Source: Paragordius varius
Taxonomy: Eukaryota; Animalia; Nematomorpha
Direction: 5' to 3'
NCBI GenBank assembly: GCA_964247055.1
Contig: OZ176051.1
Coordinates: 7,998,001 to 8,062,000, forward strand
Length of the DNA stretch: 64,000 nt
A program made the position numbers and the translations under genes. The notes under the pieces are model-generated. The model made no database searches. It was not told the DNA's origin and saw nothing but the letters and a program-made list of their open reading frames with translations. Of the stretch, positions 1-13,188 are shown piece by piece; position 1 is the stretch's first letter, and each line of letters opens with the position of its first letter.

Positions 1-180
1 GTTTTTGGTTTCTAACCTTAATGTTTAAGAGTCTATTTGGACTTTTGTGCTTATTAAGTTAATAAATAATCCCTAAATTTTGCCGCTTTAACAAAAATTT
101 ATATGTTTTTCTAATTAACCCTCCATGGCCTTTTGGGATCTTGTTCGAGAGCGTTTTGATTTGAATATCGATACCTTTTC

Positions 181-690
181 TCTTTGTCCTAGTTTACATT
201 TTGGGTAGTTTTATATCTATTGGTAAATTTAATTATCAAACATTGTTTTATATATTAGTTAATAAGCTTATAATTTTTACAGTTTTGTGACTTCTACCGG
301 GACAATCCTAAACACAATTGATAGCTGATATTAAAAATATTTATCAAGTATTTGCCGGTAAAATGTAGCCTAAAAGCTTAATGTCAATTATTTAAGTGTC
401 CCAACCTAATTAGCGATTTAGCGATTATTGAAAATAATACGGCAAAAAAGTTTGAGATAGTGTTTTTTTCAATATTACATTTTAAAAAATTTATTTTGCA
501 TATTGTGCCTAGAATATTAAGAAACAATCATAATAAAACTACCCCAAATGATATGGTAAGGTATTAAGCCGAATTAAAATGCTTTCTTTGACTTTAGGCG
601 CATTTTGTAATAAATTAAAAAAAAATGTAAAAAACCCTCATTCTCAAACTTTTTCGCCGCCATTTTTTTCTTTATTATTTTAATACTCTA
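181..690. repeat. Dispersed ~500-bp repeat family (overlapping pieces; related copies at ~1243-1390, ~4570-5070, ~25950-26435)
   Basis: Shared blocks TTGTCCTAGTTTACATTTTGGG and ATTAAGCCGAATT...TTTAGGCGC...GCCGCCATTTTTTT recur at these positions in both orientations. Termini not resolved. Confidence 0.55.
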
Positions 691-1242
691 CAACACATTT
701 ATTTTAGTCTTTCGATTTAAATTGGGGTAGTTAAATACATCAGGCCTGTTTAAAATTAAATTCTTTTAAAAATATGGAAGGAATCAAAACCATGGCAAAA
801 TCTTGCACTTATATAACATTAATAACCAAAATATACAAAAAAAATACTTGATATTACTTATTTTAAGCTAAAACCGAAAGGTTAAAATTTAGTCAACGAG
901 ACATGCGTGCAATGGTAAAAATAAAAAATAATACAAAATAAACAGCTTTTTCTATTTCTATCAATGTTAGATGTAATAAAATAAAAAAGCTTTAGTTTTC
1001 CTTAAAGTTAAATGAAGACGATATTTTGCAAAAATTTTGTAAAATAAAAATGGCGTCAAAGTAGTTTGACATATAACTTTTTTTTCAAAACAAATTTTTT
1101 TAGATATCTTGGCATATTTATATAATTTTTATTAGGATAAAGGCATAAATTTAAATTGGGACCGTTTTCTTTAGTAGTTTTTTAAAAACCCTAACTCAAA
1201 TTTAGTCTGGGTTATTTAGATACCTTTGAGTCGAAGTGTTAA
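690..1242. mobile_element. TTAA-ended MITE family copy (left end truncated), nested in another repeat
   Basis: Closely matches 6641-7227 in the same orientation and ends ...CGAAGTGTTAA. Confidence 0.65.
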
Positions 1243-2376
1243 TCGCTAATTCAATTATTACAATAGATATTATCAAAAATTCAGGCTATATTCTACCAGC
1301 AAAAACTTGATAAATTTTGGTATTGATCACGTTTCAATTGTGTTTTAGAGCCCAATTTTAGACTCTAAGTCACAAACCTGTAAGGAATAAAATTTATATC
1401 TTACACACTGTGCACAAAAAAATATCATGAAGGTAAATGCTATATATAAAAAAATGAAATCTAACCACATATTTTGCAATAAATTTTTTGGTGAAAGTTC
1501 TTTATTTCAAAAAATATCAATAAAATATATTAAATATTTATAAAAAGCAAGACAATATTTTTATAATATTTTAATTTTTAGACTTGAACTCCGAGAGTCT
1601 TATTTTGAGCGATTTTAAAACAGGCTAGTTTTTTAATATAAGCAAAAATTCCGGAATTGCGCGATATAATCCTTAAATATTTTTTATGAAAAAATATATA
1701 TATAAAATACATACTTTATACAAAAAATTAATTTTTAGCAAAATTTTATTGCAACGTATTTCATTCTTTTTTAGGCATCATGGACATGATAAAAACCCCA
1801 TAAAATATTAAAATTATTTTTTATATATAATTTGATGATGCTCAACATTTCCCTTACTTAAAAATTATGATTAAAATATTCCTTTGTCTTCCAATTTAAG
1901 TCAAATAATTGGGTTTTTATATAATTTACCAAATTTGTAAGTAAACGAAGCATTAAATTAAAACCAAATTATATTAAAATGTTTTTACAATATTAAAAAG
2001 GTTCCGTTTTTATGCCTAAAATAGTAAGAGTACGCTGCAACAAAATTTTGCTTAAATATTTTTTTGATACCAATACATTTAAAAATATTGCGTCCCGGCA
2101 TTTTTAGGTTAATTTTAAGAGAATTAGCCCATGTTAAAGAGCAAAAAAATTTGAAACTTTGGGAGCCCACAAAATTAAAATTTTAAAAATATATTGTTTT
2201 TTCATAAGTATTTATTATATTTTAGTGATATTTTTTGGAATGAAGCATTTAGCTTTTATCAAAAATATTATTACAAAATCTCATATTTGGTTTACCATAA
2301 AAGTGGAAACTTTCTTATATCACTCGTAAGCCCCAAAACGAAAAGCACTATGAAATTCCTATATTTTTCGATTGGA

Positions 2377-2400
2377 ATATATATATATATATATATATAT
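2377..2400. repeat. (TA)n microsatellite
   Basis: Run of ATAT directly visible. Confidence 0.9.
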
Positions 2401-2539
2401 AGGTATATTTGCATGATACATGCGAAAATCACGTGTAAATTAATAGAAGTTATTTGCATCATTATACAAAAATATGTATATATTATCATAATTTGCATAA
2501 GTTACAGATATCTAGTAACCCCAAAGTATAAAAAAAACT

Positions 2540-2997
2540 ACTGAAAAAAACGGTTCCGATTCGAATTTATGCTTTTATCCAAATAAAATATAAATAGCAG
2601 AACTAAAAATTTTATCCAACTAGTTCAACGATATTTTTTACAACATTTTTGCAAAATATCGTATTAATTTCAACGCTAAAATTAAAGCTAATTTATTATA
2701 AACACATTTAACATAGATAAAAACAGAAATAGTAATATATTCATTATTATAATTTACCTAATGCGGACATGTCATGTTCACTAAATTACATTGATTATTA
2801 TCCATTAAATAAGATATCAAGTGTTTTTAAGAATTTATTTTTATACTTCGGTGCATCATTGTTATATTAATGCATAATTCTGCAATGATTTAATTTGTTC
2901 CACATTTTTAAAAAATATTCAATTTTAAACGGCCTGGGGTTCTTAAAGGCCCAGTGAATCGGAAGACTGAAATAAATGTGTTGTATCCAAGTGTTAA
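2540..2997. mobile_element. TTAA-ended MITE family copy (opposite orientation, left end degraded)
   Basis: Right end GTGTTGTATCCAAGTGTTAA is the reverse complement of the left end of 6641-7227; interior resembles 32257-32696. Confidence 0.6.
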
Positions 2998-3256
2998 TAA
3001 ATAATATTTTTCATCATAATATACAAAATTGTATAAAAATGGGGCCCGAAAGTTTGGAATGAGGATTTTTACAATTTTATCTTTATTAATTTTTTCGTAT
3101 CCTCCGCCTAAAAGGCTAAAGTAAGTATAATATAGAAAATTGGCTCAATGCTTTTTAAGACATTAATATTTATTGCCTTGATGTATAATACTACCAAGGT
3201 CATGAGGTTAACTAAATTAAAAATTTACTATACATATAACATATGTTGTGTTAAAG

Positions 3257-3497
3257 CAGAGGTCTTCAACCGCAAACCGCATTTTTGACTCAAATCGGTA
3301 AGCCTTATGTGAATATATAGATATAGATTATTAGATTTTACTGTAAAAAGCAAACATAAAATAATTTTTTTAGATCTTGCCAATTGGATAGTTTTATTCA
3401 AAAAATTATTTAAGAAATATCAATATTATTAAGATTTTGTAATTATATTTCAAGTTATGGATTTATAATTTTCGAGGCTGCATGTTGAAAGCCCCTG
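3257..3497. mobile_element. Possible hAT-type MITE
   Basis: Imperfect TIRs CAGAGGTCTTCAAC / GTTGAAAGCCCCTG; the 8-bp flanks match only 4/8. Confidence 0.4.
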
Positions 3498-3634
3498 GTT
3501 TTGAGTTTTAATTTAAAAAAAAATAGGATTTATCATAAAATGAAACTAGATTTAGAATAAATAATAAAAATTAGGATTCAAGCCGTAATGTAGTTTGTAG
3601 AACTTGAACCAATACCATTATTTTTATTTTGAAG

Positions 3635-4025
3635 CAGGGGCGTACCGAGGGGGGGGCAAGGGGGTGCATCATGCCCCGGGCGCCGTTATTTAGGGGCGCC
3701 AAAATGTTTTTTTAAAAATAAATTTTAATTAAGCAAAAATAATAAGAACTTTCAAATGAGATTTTTCAGCAATTTAGGTAATAATCCCTATAATATATAC
3801 TTTATTATTCACCTAATTAGTACCATTGAATAAATTTAGTATCATATAAATTTATATATTTAATAGATTCAAAATTTTTATGACTGTGCTGTCTTATCTA
3901 TGGTGTTTAGGTTACAACGTTTGTATTTTTTTACTAAATTGTTTTATTGGCCTAAAAAAAGGGGGGGGGGGAGGCGCCATAAAAGTTTTATGCCCCGGGC
4001 GCCACAAATGCTCGGTACGCCACTG
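3635..4025. mobile_element. hAT-type MITE (391 bp)
   Basis: 15-bp TIR CAGGGGCGTACCGAG / CTCGGTACGCCACTG (14/15); perfect 8-bp TSD TTTTGAAG at 3627-3634 and 4026-4033. Confidence 0.9.
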
Positions 4026-5399
4026 TTTTGAAGCAAACAAATATGATAAACAGTTTAGAACAAAAGAAGGCTTAAGGATTGGTTTAAATTGACATCTATG
4101 CGCTGTATGAATTGTCTAAAAACATATTTTACGTATTTATTGAAGGCGATTACGGTTTTTTGCATTAATTGATAACTGGCCGGAATCAATCATACTTATA
4201 TATGTAATGGATAGTTACAATAAATTTTAAACTCAAGTTTTTTAATGCAACAAATTTTATCAATTATGAAGCCCAAATGAATTGATCATAATCAAAAAAT
4301 AATTTATTAACATGGGATGATGACTAAGGCATAATTAATTTAGTTTACTATAGACCATAATTATTAATCATGTTTTTTTTGTTAATGGGTTTTCTTGGCA
4401 CTTTGACTGGGGGACGAAGGTGGTGTAAGGCGACGACCATCCAATGTTTCTCGCACCAAATTTCCGCTAATACGTTTAATTAATGTTAAAATAAATTAAT
4501 TAAAGATGTTATTAGATGTCGATTAAACATATCCAATCAAAAATATATGATATTAACTAAATTACCTTTAAGGGTAGCTTTATATCCCAGAGCCATTTAA
4601 AATTTGAATATCTTAGAAAGTATTTAAGTTATTAAGCCGAATTTAAAAATATACTTCCTTTTTTAGGCGCATTATTATACAATTTATTTTAAAAAAATGT
4701 AAAATTGTAAAAAACTCATCTCAACTTTTTTGCCGCCATTTTTTTCTATAAATTTTTTAAATCGCGAATTCAACAGAGAGTGTATATAACGGTTAGAAAA
4801 TGTAAATAATTAACCTTAAAAGCTTTGTTAATTTTACAAGCAAAACTTGATATATTTTAATTTTAAAAACAGCTGTTGGTTTCGATTATGTTTTGGAACT
4901 GTCCCAATTTAACTCTAGAAGTCATAAAACTGTAAAAAATATAAACTTTTTTATCTAATACATGAAAACATTGTTTGAAAATTCAACTTTTATAATAACT
5001 TTCTACGTTATTTACGAATTTGAGCTCTGGGACGTAACTACTTCAAAATGTAAACTAGGTCAAAAAAATGAAAAGGTATGGAAGTGTTATATAATGTTTG
5101 TTTCATAAAGTTCGCCATATTGGACATAAATAAGCAGACGCTCATTTTTATTTTTGAAATATTTATAAAAGTATATACTTAAATTTGTCCTTGGTTTTTT
5201 TACAGAAACTTGGTTCTATAACGCTTATTTAATATTTATATATTAATGAAACATTAGGAAGACAGTAATTTTTTAAAATAATGAAAATTAGATATTTTTT
5301 GTCAAATATTTGTCGCCGTATCAACAAGCCGCTTATTCACTACTAATTAAAATGGGCATTCAACAATTAATTAAATACATGCGATAATTTAATTATATT

Positions 5400-5546
5400 T
5401 CACAAAAAAATAGATAAAATTCCATACTGTTCATCTAAATATTCTTTGATTTTTTCGCCGGTTGGAGTAGTCGTAGCTGTTGCAACATGTTTCAAGTTCT
5501 TCTTGGTAAAAGTCGAGATTTCACCCAAAAGTTCTTTATCAGCCAT
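5400..5546 (-). CDS. Single-repeat beta-thymosin/WH2-like actin-binding peptide (48 aa unspliced; ~42-43 aa if a final intron is removed)
   Basis: Translates MADKELLGEISTFTKKNLKHVATATTTPTGEKIKEYLDEQYGILSIFL*. In ungapped register with thymosin beta-4 at M1, D3, K4, E9, I10, F13, K15, L18, K19, T23. Start context AAACATGG. Confidence 0.7.
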   Translation of the reverse strand: MADKELLGEISTFTKKNLKHVATATTTPTGEKIKEYLDEQYGILSIFL

Positions 5547-5654
5547 GTTTGAAAAATTGAAGAGGAATCACAAAAATACGAACGGATCAAATACGAAAAA
5601 TAAATGAAAATGTCTCGAATAACACTATACTTGTTGTGCCCTATCCAACAACAC

Positions 5655-5657
<3 letters not shown>

Positions 5658-5692
<35 letters not shown>
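5658..5692. repeat. (TA)n microsatellite
   Basis: Long TATA run directly visible; explains the YIYIYI ORFs. Confidence 0.9.
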
Positions 5693-5696
<4 letters not shown>

Positions 5697-6182
5697 CGTA
5701 ACACTTGCTCTCCTTATCGTGTTATTGTTGTACTTAATACTAAGTTTAAGTTGGCGATAATATTAAATGGTAATGGCGCAATATGAAAATCCGATATTTT
5801 CGTATACTTATAAAATCGATTGATGCATAGTGTTTTGTTCCTTTCTTTCCAACAGAATAGATAATCGGTTTTTGATGCTTCAAAATGCATTTTGTAATAT
5901 AAAACTTGGCATTAAATGTAACGTATAATAGAGTCATTAAAATCAGCCCCCTCCTCATTATATTAAATGGCTAATAGAGATATTTGGCTTAAATTTGGTA
6001 ATTATTTCTCCAATAAACTTATCATTAACAAATTATGAAATTTATTATGAAATTTTTACACCAATTACAAAATATTTGCCCTTTAAAATAGTATTATATT
6101 ATAAACACATTATCTCCAAAAAATTTTATGTTCCATCTTATTTCTATGTAATTTTTAATTTTGAAGGCTTAGTTTAATGGTG

Positions 6183-6501
6183 TTAAACCCTTTTTGTACC
6201 GAACACGGGATGGCAAAATGTTTTACAAATAAATCATATTTTCAAATTCAACTATTTTGCATCTATGGCATTAAAAACGAAAAACCCTTTCTATGCGTAA
6301 AAAATCCGCTTAAACACAAATCTTAATCATTATATATTTTACAAGAAACGATTTTAAAATCCAATTAACCAATTTCTGCAAACATAATTTTGAAAAAAAT
6401 GTTAAAATGACTTTAATAATTAATATATAAATTAAGTAAAAAATGTCGAAATTAGTATTATTATATATTTAATATAAATGGCGTCGGTCAAAAAAGGTTA
6501 A
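6183..6501. mobile_element. Possible piggyBac-like MITE
   Basis: TTAA at both ends with imperfect TIRs CCCTTTTTGTACCGA / TCGGTCAAAAAAGG. Confidence 0.45.
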
Positions 6502-6640
6502 GGGTCATCTCATCTACAAAAAGGGTTATCTCAACAGTAATTAACCTTAGTTATTATAATAAATGATTTAATCATAAATTGTTATAGTCCTTTTAGTGCG
6601 TAACAACGAAAAAGTATGTTTTAAAAATTGGCTATTTTTA

Positions 6641-7227
6641 TTAACACTTGGATACAACACATTCATTTTAGTCCTTCGATTCAAATTGGGGTAGTTAAAT
6701 ACCCAGGCGTGTTTAAGATTAAATTCTTTAAAAAATATGGAAGGAATCAAAACCATGCCAAAATTTTGAACTTATATAACATTAATTAACCGAAATATAT
6801 AAAAAAATTATTCAAAATACTTGATATTACTTATTTTAAGCTAAAACCGAAAGGTAAAAATTTAGTCCACGTAACATGTGTGCAATGGTAAAATTGAAAA
6901 AATAATGCAAAATAACCCGCTTTTTCTATTTCTATCAATGTTAGATGTAATTGAAATAAAAAATTAGCTTTAATTCTGCCCTTAAAATTAAATGAAGACG
7001 CTATTTTGCAAAGATTTTGGAAAATAAAAATGGCGTCGAAGTAGTTTGACATGGAACTTTTTTTTCAGAACAAAATTTTATGTAGATATTTTGGCATATT
7101 TATATAATTTTTATTAGGATTGAAGCTTAAATTTAAATTGGGATGTTTCCTTCAGTAGTTTTTACAAAATCATAACTCAAATTTAGTCTGGGGTATTTAG
7201 ATACCCCAAATTGAATCAAAGTGTTAA
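6641..7227. mobile_element. TTAA-ended MITE (piggyBac-like), most complete copy of a five-copy family
   Basis: Ends TTAACACTTGGAT and ATCAAAGTGTTAA (imperfect TIR plus TTAA); related copies at 690, 2540, 20175 and 32257. Confidence 0.75.
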
Positions 7228-7440
7228 TGATAAATTAGAAAATATTCACTATTAATTTATTTAGAAATAAATTATAAAAACAATTCTAATCTTTGAATGT
7301 AAGGTAAGAGTAGAAATGAGATTTAACTAACTAAAGTAAATTATATAATTTTAAACCCAAGGTAAATAATAGTGACCAATAGCAATTGTGTGCTAGTGTA
7401 ATTTTGAACATTCATCAGTAGGCAGCAAATTGAAAGTTTA

Positions 7441-9021
7441 TATACCATTTGCACTTCATGAGTGTCCTTGAACACTTTAAGTTGATCCTTGAACACTTCA
7501 AGTTGGTCCTAAACACTTCGGGTCGGGTGATAAAAAAGTTTTTTGACTTGACTTTCAAGTTTTTCAAGTCATGGCTTGCTTTCATGTGATAAAAAAATTA
7601 ACATTACACGACTTAAGTCAAGCAAGAAAACTTGATAAGGAGGTGATAAAAAATCACATGATCAAGTAAAACATAAATATGGATAAAATTATTTTGGAAA
7701 CTTTTTATGTACAAAATTTAGGTTTTATATGTAATTCAAACCTTTGTTAATGCTATAAGTTGTTAATTTTATAAACTTTGGCTAATTAATCTATTCATTG
7801 GGTGGATATAAAAGAGGATAAATTTATAGAAAAACTCTGCTAATATTTAATAGCATGGCATATAAAAATATGCTAAATATATCAATTCCGTGACCGCAAA
7901 AAAATTGGATTCTCGAAAATTTCCTAAAATTAATAATCAAATATTAATCTTGTAAAATTTCAAATCTTCGTTTATGAGCTAAACTTCACTATTAACCAAT
8001 GTAAAGAATATTTTTCATCATAAATTTATTTCGAATGTATTATAAATTAAAAATAATTATGTTATATTGTATAAATATCTTCCCATTATATTTGCAACTG
8101 GACTCCAAACAAAATAAGTAATGTGGTAAAATAATGGAAAGTGTTTTAAGGGCGAATGGTTTCATCAATCTAAAAATTATTAAGAGGCTCACAATTTAGA
8201 AAACTCTATATATTAAATAAGATACGTGCCAGTGAGTTTGAAAACTTCAAAATGCATATTGTATTTATTGTTTATTTTTTTGTGCCTTATTTCATAAATT
8301 TTAGCTGAAAATGATCAAAAGTTTCCAAAAAATTCGAATTGGGTGGGAAAAAATACATTCATAAGCTAAAGATTTGACTTAAGTGTTTTTTTTATCACCG
8401 ATCTTCAAGTGTACACTTGCTGGCTTAAGTAATCTTGCTCAACTTGCCACGCTTGGCTTACAAGTCAAGTGCGACTTTTTTATCACCCCACCCACTTCAA
8501 GTTGATCCTTGAACATTTCAAGCTGGCCTTTGATGACTTCAGTTGGTCTTTAAAATTTTCAAGTTTTTATTTAACGATAATTATTGCATTTATTTCTTCA
8601 TTATTTTTTAACCTAATTATCTTTATTTATTATATATTTATAAATGAAAAAATATAATTTATTATTCAAAAACAACTTTTATGTTTAGAACTAATTTTTA
8701 TTCCAATTTATCAAAATTATTAACTTTTAAATGAATGTTTTCAATAAGATATTGTAAATAATAACCCAGAAAACATATATTATTTACGTGTTAAAATCTT
8801 TTACATATTAAAAATAATTTTAGGATATCAATAAAGATATACGGTTTCTGAATTATTAAAAGTTATTTAAAATTGATCGTAAATAATAAAAAATAGGTTA
8901 AAAACGATAAATTATATGAATGATATACAATTTGTTTGAAAAAAAGTTAAATACTAAACAAAAAAGTCAAAGGACCAACTTGAAGTGAATGACCAACTTG
9001 ATATTCAAAGTGTATGGTATA
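7441..9021. mobile_element. TIR element with subterminal 21-bp repeats, interrupted by a nested insertion
   Basis: Ends TATACCATTTGCACTTC and CAAAGTGTATGGTATA; arrays of CTTGAACACTTCAAGTTGGTC; same family as 61553-62123. Confidence 0.7.
7520..8493. mobile_element. Nested non-autonomous TIR element, GGG termini, 5-bp TSD
   Basis: TIR GGGTCGGGTGATAAAAAAGT vs reverse complement of right end GGGTGGGGTGATAAAAAAGT (19/20). ACTTC flanks both sides; removing the insert restores the host 21-bp repeat. Confidence 0.8.
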
Positions 9022-9879
9022 ATTGATAGTTTGTCTCAGCCTTGACGTATGACTATGTCCACCGTCATACATATGTAAAATAAGAAACAATTGAATAATA
9101 CAATTTATATTCTAATTTTGTGATTTATTTTAAAACCCATGTTTAGGCCGCAGTTTTTCAGTTGATTTAGAACCGAATTTTTAATTTTTAAAATCGTGTG
9201 CAATTAAATTACACAAAACTGATTAAGAAATAGAATATTATGTTATTTGGAATACCTGTAAGAGTTATTTTTAGCAAGATTTTAGAATTATGAGCTCAAT
9301 CCCATATAAGAAAATTAAATGCAAAAAAATGAAATCAACAGTTAACGCTTTTCAGTTTTTAGGCTATTTTTAATTCGTATAAGAAAACGCTTTAAGACTT
9401 AAAAGAATAGGAATGTAATCTGTTAATTCACCAAATATAGTGCCAATTTTTATTATACAGTATATATTACTATATATAATGTGTTGAATCGGAAATAATT
9501 TTCTAAAAAACATGAGTTATAAATAAATGGGTAAATATTTCTATTTAATCGTGCCACTTTTCTGACTTCAGTTAAAAGCCATGATTTGCCAAAAAACATA
9601 TGAGTAGACATGTATTGATTAATGGATTTAGGGCTTTCTTATGTAATAATAATACCGCTTTTATAAATTACCCGTTTTTTACCGTTTTTGCATATAAAAA
9701 TTATGATTTTTAATCGAATATCCGGACTTATAAAGCTAATTTAATCCAAGGCTCACATATTTCCTTGAAAAATTTGCTATTACGCATTTTATTAGTGTTT
9801 TTAATTTCGCAAAAAAATTTGTCAAAAACTAATGCCCAACACAAGTTGGTCGAGAATTTAAAAATCTTGGAACTTTTGA

Positions 9880-10170
9880 CATATCCCTAAGCCAATAGTT
9901 TTTAAAGATATTTACACTAATTTACATATTTAATATATAAGTTTGCTTTATGGCCACAAAAGAATATATTGTATTCATATATTGGGCTAAGTGTAGTCGA
10001 TTTAACTTTCCAAACTTCATTTTAAATATATTTTGTGTAGGAGAGATATTTGTTAAAGTAAAATAATTCGACATATGAAAAATGACGCACATGGATGTTA
10101 AAGGAACATTTAATTCATTGAGAATAATCCTTTTAGGATAATTGTTTAGCATTTGGTCCATTTTATATCC
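9880..10170 (-). mobile_element. Possible decayed LINE ORF2 C-terminal fragment
   Basis: ORF 9922-10161 has only vague resemblance to CR1/L2-type C-termini; no catalytic motif. Confidence 0.25.
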
Positions 10171-10214
10171 TTCAATTTATTGAAAGTATGTGATATTGTG
10201 AAAAATATATATTA

Positions 10215-12651
10215 CTAGCGTATATCTCGGGCTGCTACGCAGCCCGAGGAAGTCTTTCGGACTTCTGGGGGGGGGGGGGATTTTATATTTTATAAGCAAT
10301 TTTGTTATGAGGCACGAAGTTATAAAATGATTCACATAGTCTTATAAGTTTTCTGTAATTTGGCTGGCGCAGTTGTAGGCGGGTAGCCCCCTACCCAGAA
10401 GCTAATATAAAAATATAGTTAGATAAAAAAAATTGCCATTTACCTGGAATCATTCATTCCTAATAGTTTATGGAAGAATGGCTTCAAAACTAAAAGTTCA
10501 ATGATAGCGCATTTTTAGAGAGTAAAGGGCCTATTTAACAGCTAATTCAAAAAATCCGCTCGACTAAAAGTTTTACTTGTTACGGGTAATACTTTAAGCA
10601 GCTATTGAACTCATATGGCCTGATAGGTTTTCTGATATTTAGCCCCAAAAGCACGCGATTTAGATATGACGGGTCAGTTTTTCGCGGGAAGCTCCTTTCC
10701 CAGCAGCTATCATCAAAGAAATGCTTAACTAAAATTTTTGCCTTTTAACAGGGAACACGTAGAATGCTTATTGAATTTTTACGATCTCATACCTTTGGCG
10801 AAAAATAGATTAAAAAAATATTTTGAACTTTGTTTTTTAAAAAAAATGGCTTTTTACGGGGGGAGCGGGTAGAGGACCTAAATTAAAAAGGCGAGACGAC
10901 TATGTTCGACGCAATCAAAAATAAGTAAACAAAAATCATTTAAAATTGAATGGTCCAACACGTTCTCCGGAAAATTGTCGCAACCTGTTTTTTACACGGG
11001 GGGGAGGGGGGGGTCGAACTGGGGGCCTATTTCAAAATAAGGGCGAAGCTATTGTCGGGGCATTCATTAATGATTATATTTTTTCGATATTTGAATTTGA
11101 TTGGGTTCACCGGTTTTCCGGAAACAGATCACAAAGTTACATGAGGAATCAGTTTTTAGCGGGTAGCTCCTTACCCAGCAGCTATCATCAAAGAAACGCT
11201 TGACTAAAATATTTGACTTTTATCAGGGAATACGTGGAATCCATATTGAATTTTTACGATCTCATACCTAGGGCGAAAAAGAGATATTAAAAATTATTTT
11301 TGTGGACTTTGTTTTTTGAAAAAAATGGCATTTTACGGGGGGAGCGGTTAAAAAGAGGGCCTAAATTAAAAAAGCGAGACGACTATGTGCGGCGCAATCG
11401 GAAATAAATAAACAAAAATCATATTTGAAATTGAAAGATCCAACACGTTCTCCAGAAAATTGTCTCAAAGACACGATTTTTGTGGACTTCTATTTTCAAA
11501 AAAAACCGTTTTTCACATGGGGTGGGCCCGAACTGGGGGCCTATTACAAAAAAAGGGCGAAGTATTGTCGGGGCATTCATTAATGATTATATTTTTTTGA
11601 TGTTTGGATTTGAATGGGTCTACCGGTTTTCCGGTACCAGATCACAAAGCCAGCATTTTCCATATATATAGATTACCATAAATAATGTTTTATTATCCAT
11701 ATATTTTTTAACATCCTAGGAATAAGAAAAATCCTTATTAAATTTTTACAGTCTCATACTTTGGGTAAAAAAATACAATCAAAATTTTTTTGTGGACTTT
11801 GTTTTTTTTGAAAAAAAATGGCCTTTTACGGGGGTAGCGGGTAAAAAGAGGGCCTAAATTAAAAAAGTGAGTCGACTATGTTCGGCGCGATCAAAAATAA
11901 GTAAACAAAATCATATTTGAAATTGAATGGTCCAACAGTTCTCCGGAAAATTGTCTCAAAGTGTTTTTTACACGGGGTAGTCACCCAAACTGGGGACCTA
12001 ATTCCATAAAAGGGCGAAGCTATTGTCGGGACATTTATTTATGATTATATTTTTTCAATATTTGGATTTGATTGGGTTCACCTGTTTTCCGGAAACAGAT
12101 CACAAAGTTACATGAGGAATCAGTTTTTAGCGGAGCTCCTTACCCAGCAGCTATCATCAAAGAAAAGCCTGACTAAAATTTTTGCCTTTTAACAGGGAAT
12201 ACGTGGAATTCATATTGAATTTTTACGGTCTCATACCCATGGCGAAAAATAGATTTAAAAATTATTTTTGTGGACTTTGTTTTTTGAAAAAAATGACATT
12301 TTACGGGGGGAGCGGGTAAAATGAGGGCCTAAATCAAAAAAGCGAGACGACTATGTTCGGCGCAATCGAAAATAAGTAAACAAAAATCATATTTGAAATT
12401 GCATGGTCCAACACGTTCTCCGGAAAATTGTCTCAAAGACACGATTTTTGTGGACTTGTGTTTTCAAAAAAAAAACCGTTTTTCACACGGGGTGGGCCCG
12501 AACCGGGGGCCTATTTCAAAAAAAGGATGAAGCTATTGTCGGGGCATTCATTAATGATTATATTTTTTCTAAGTTTGGATTTGAATGGGTCTACCGGTTT
12601 TCCTGTACCAGATCATAAAGCCAGCATTTTCCATTTTTATAAATATATAGA
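10215..12651 (-). mobile_element. Non-autonomous Helitron with internal ~480-bp tandem units and duplicated 5' end
   Basis: 3' end CTAG|T at 10215-10218 with a perfect 10-bp-stem hairpin CTCGGGCTGC-TAC-GCAGCCCGAG at 10226-10248. 5' A|TCTATATAT ends at 11672 and 12651. Four units with an anchor motif at ~10891, 11374, 11868 and 12342. Confidence 0.85.
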
Positions 12652-13188
12652 TTACTAAAATTAGAAATTAAACAAACTTTAGATAGTTATTTTAAAAGTT
12701 CAATAAAATGTTAGTTATTAGGGCTCAAATCAAACTTTTTAATTAAAAGTACTTTTGCATACATTTTGAATTTCTTTATCAGAATAACAAATCAAAAAAT
12801 GTATTATAAATCTCTGGTTTAAAAAGAATAAAAATTATCAATCTGCATACAAGTTTGTAATATATATGGCTTAATACTATTTCAAAATTATCTGAACCTT
12901 TACCATAATACTTGGGTGATATTAGAGACTAATTAATATTAACGTCAATAAACTTTTATTTATTTTTTGAAAATTTATTAAACTAAAACATAAATTTACG
13001 TTATTTATTTAATAATTCATATAATAAATAAAATAAATAATTTCACTAACATTATATTAATGGGTGAGAAATAGGGTATTAACATTTACATAGTATTTTT
13101 TTGTCTATTAATTAGTATTTGAGTGAATATATTAATATTGATAGATATGTCACAAATATGAGAATCTATAAAAGATACAGATTGAAGT

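Noticed and set aside
2194-5786. ORFs containing YIYIYIYI
   Set aside because: Translations of (TA)n microsatellites.
7460-7520. 21-bp partly palindromic repeats resembling a CRISPR array (also 8494-8550, 62015-62105)
   Set aside because: No unique spacers, eukaryotic context, and they are subterminal repeats of a TIR element.
10946-12658. Short similar ORFs (MVQHVLRKIV..., GAFINDYIF...) also at 38925
   Set aside because: They come from Helitron tandem units; frames are not conserved between copies.
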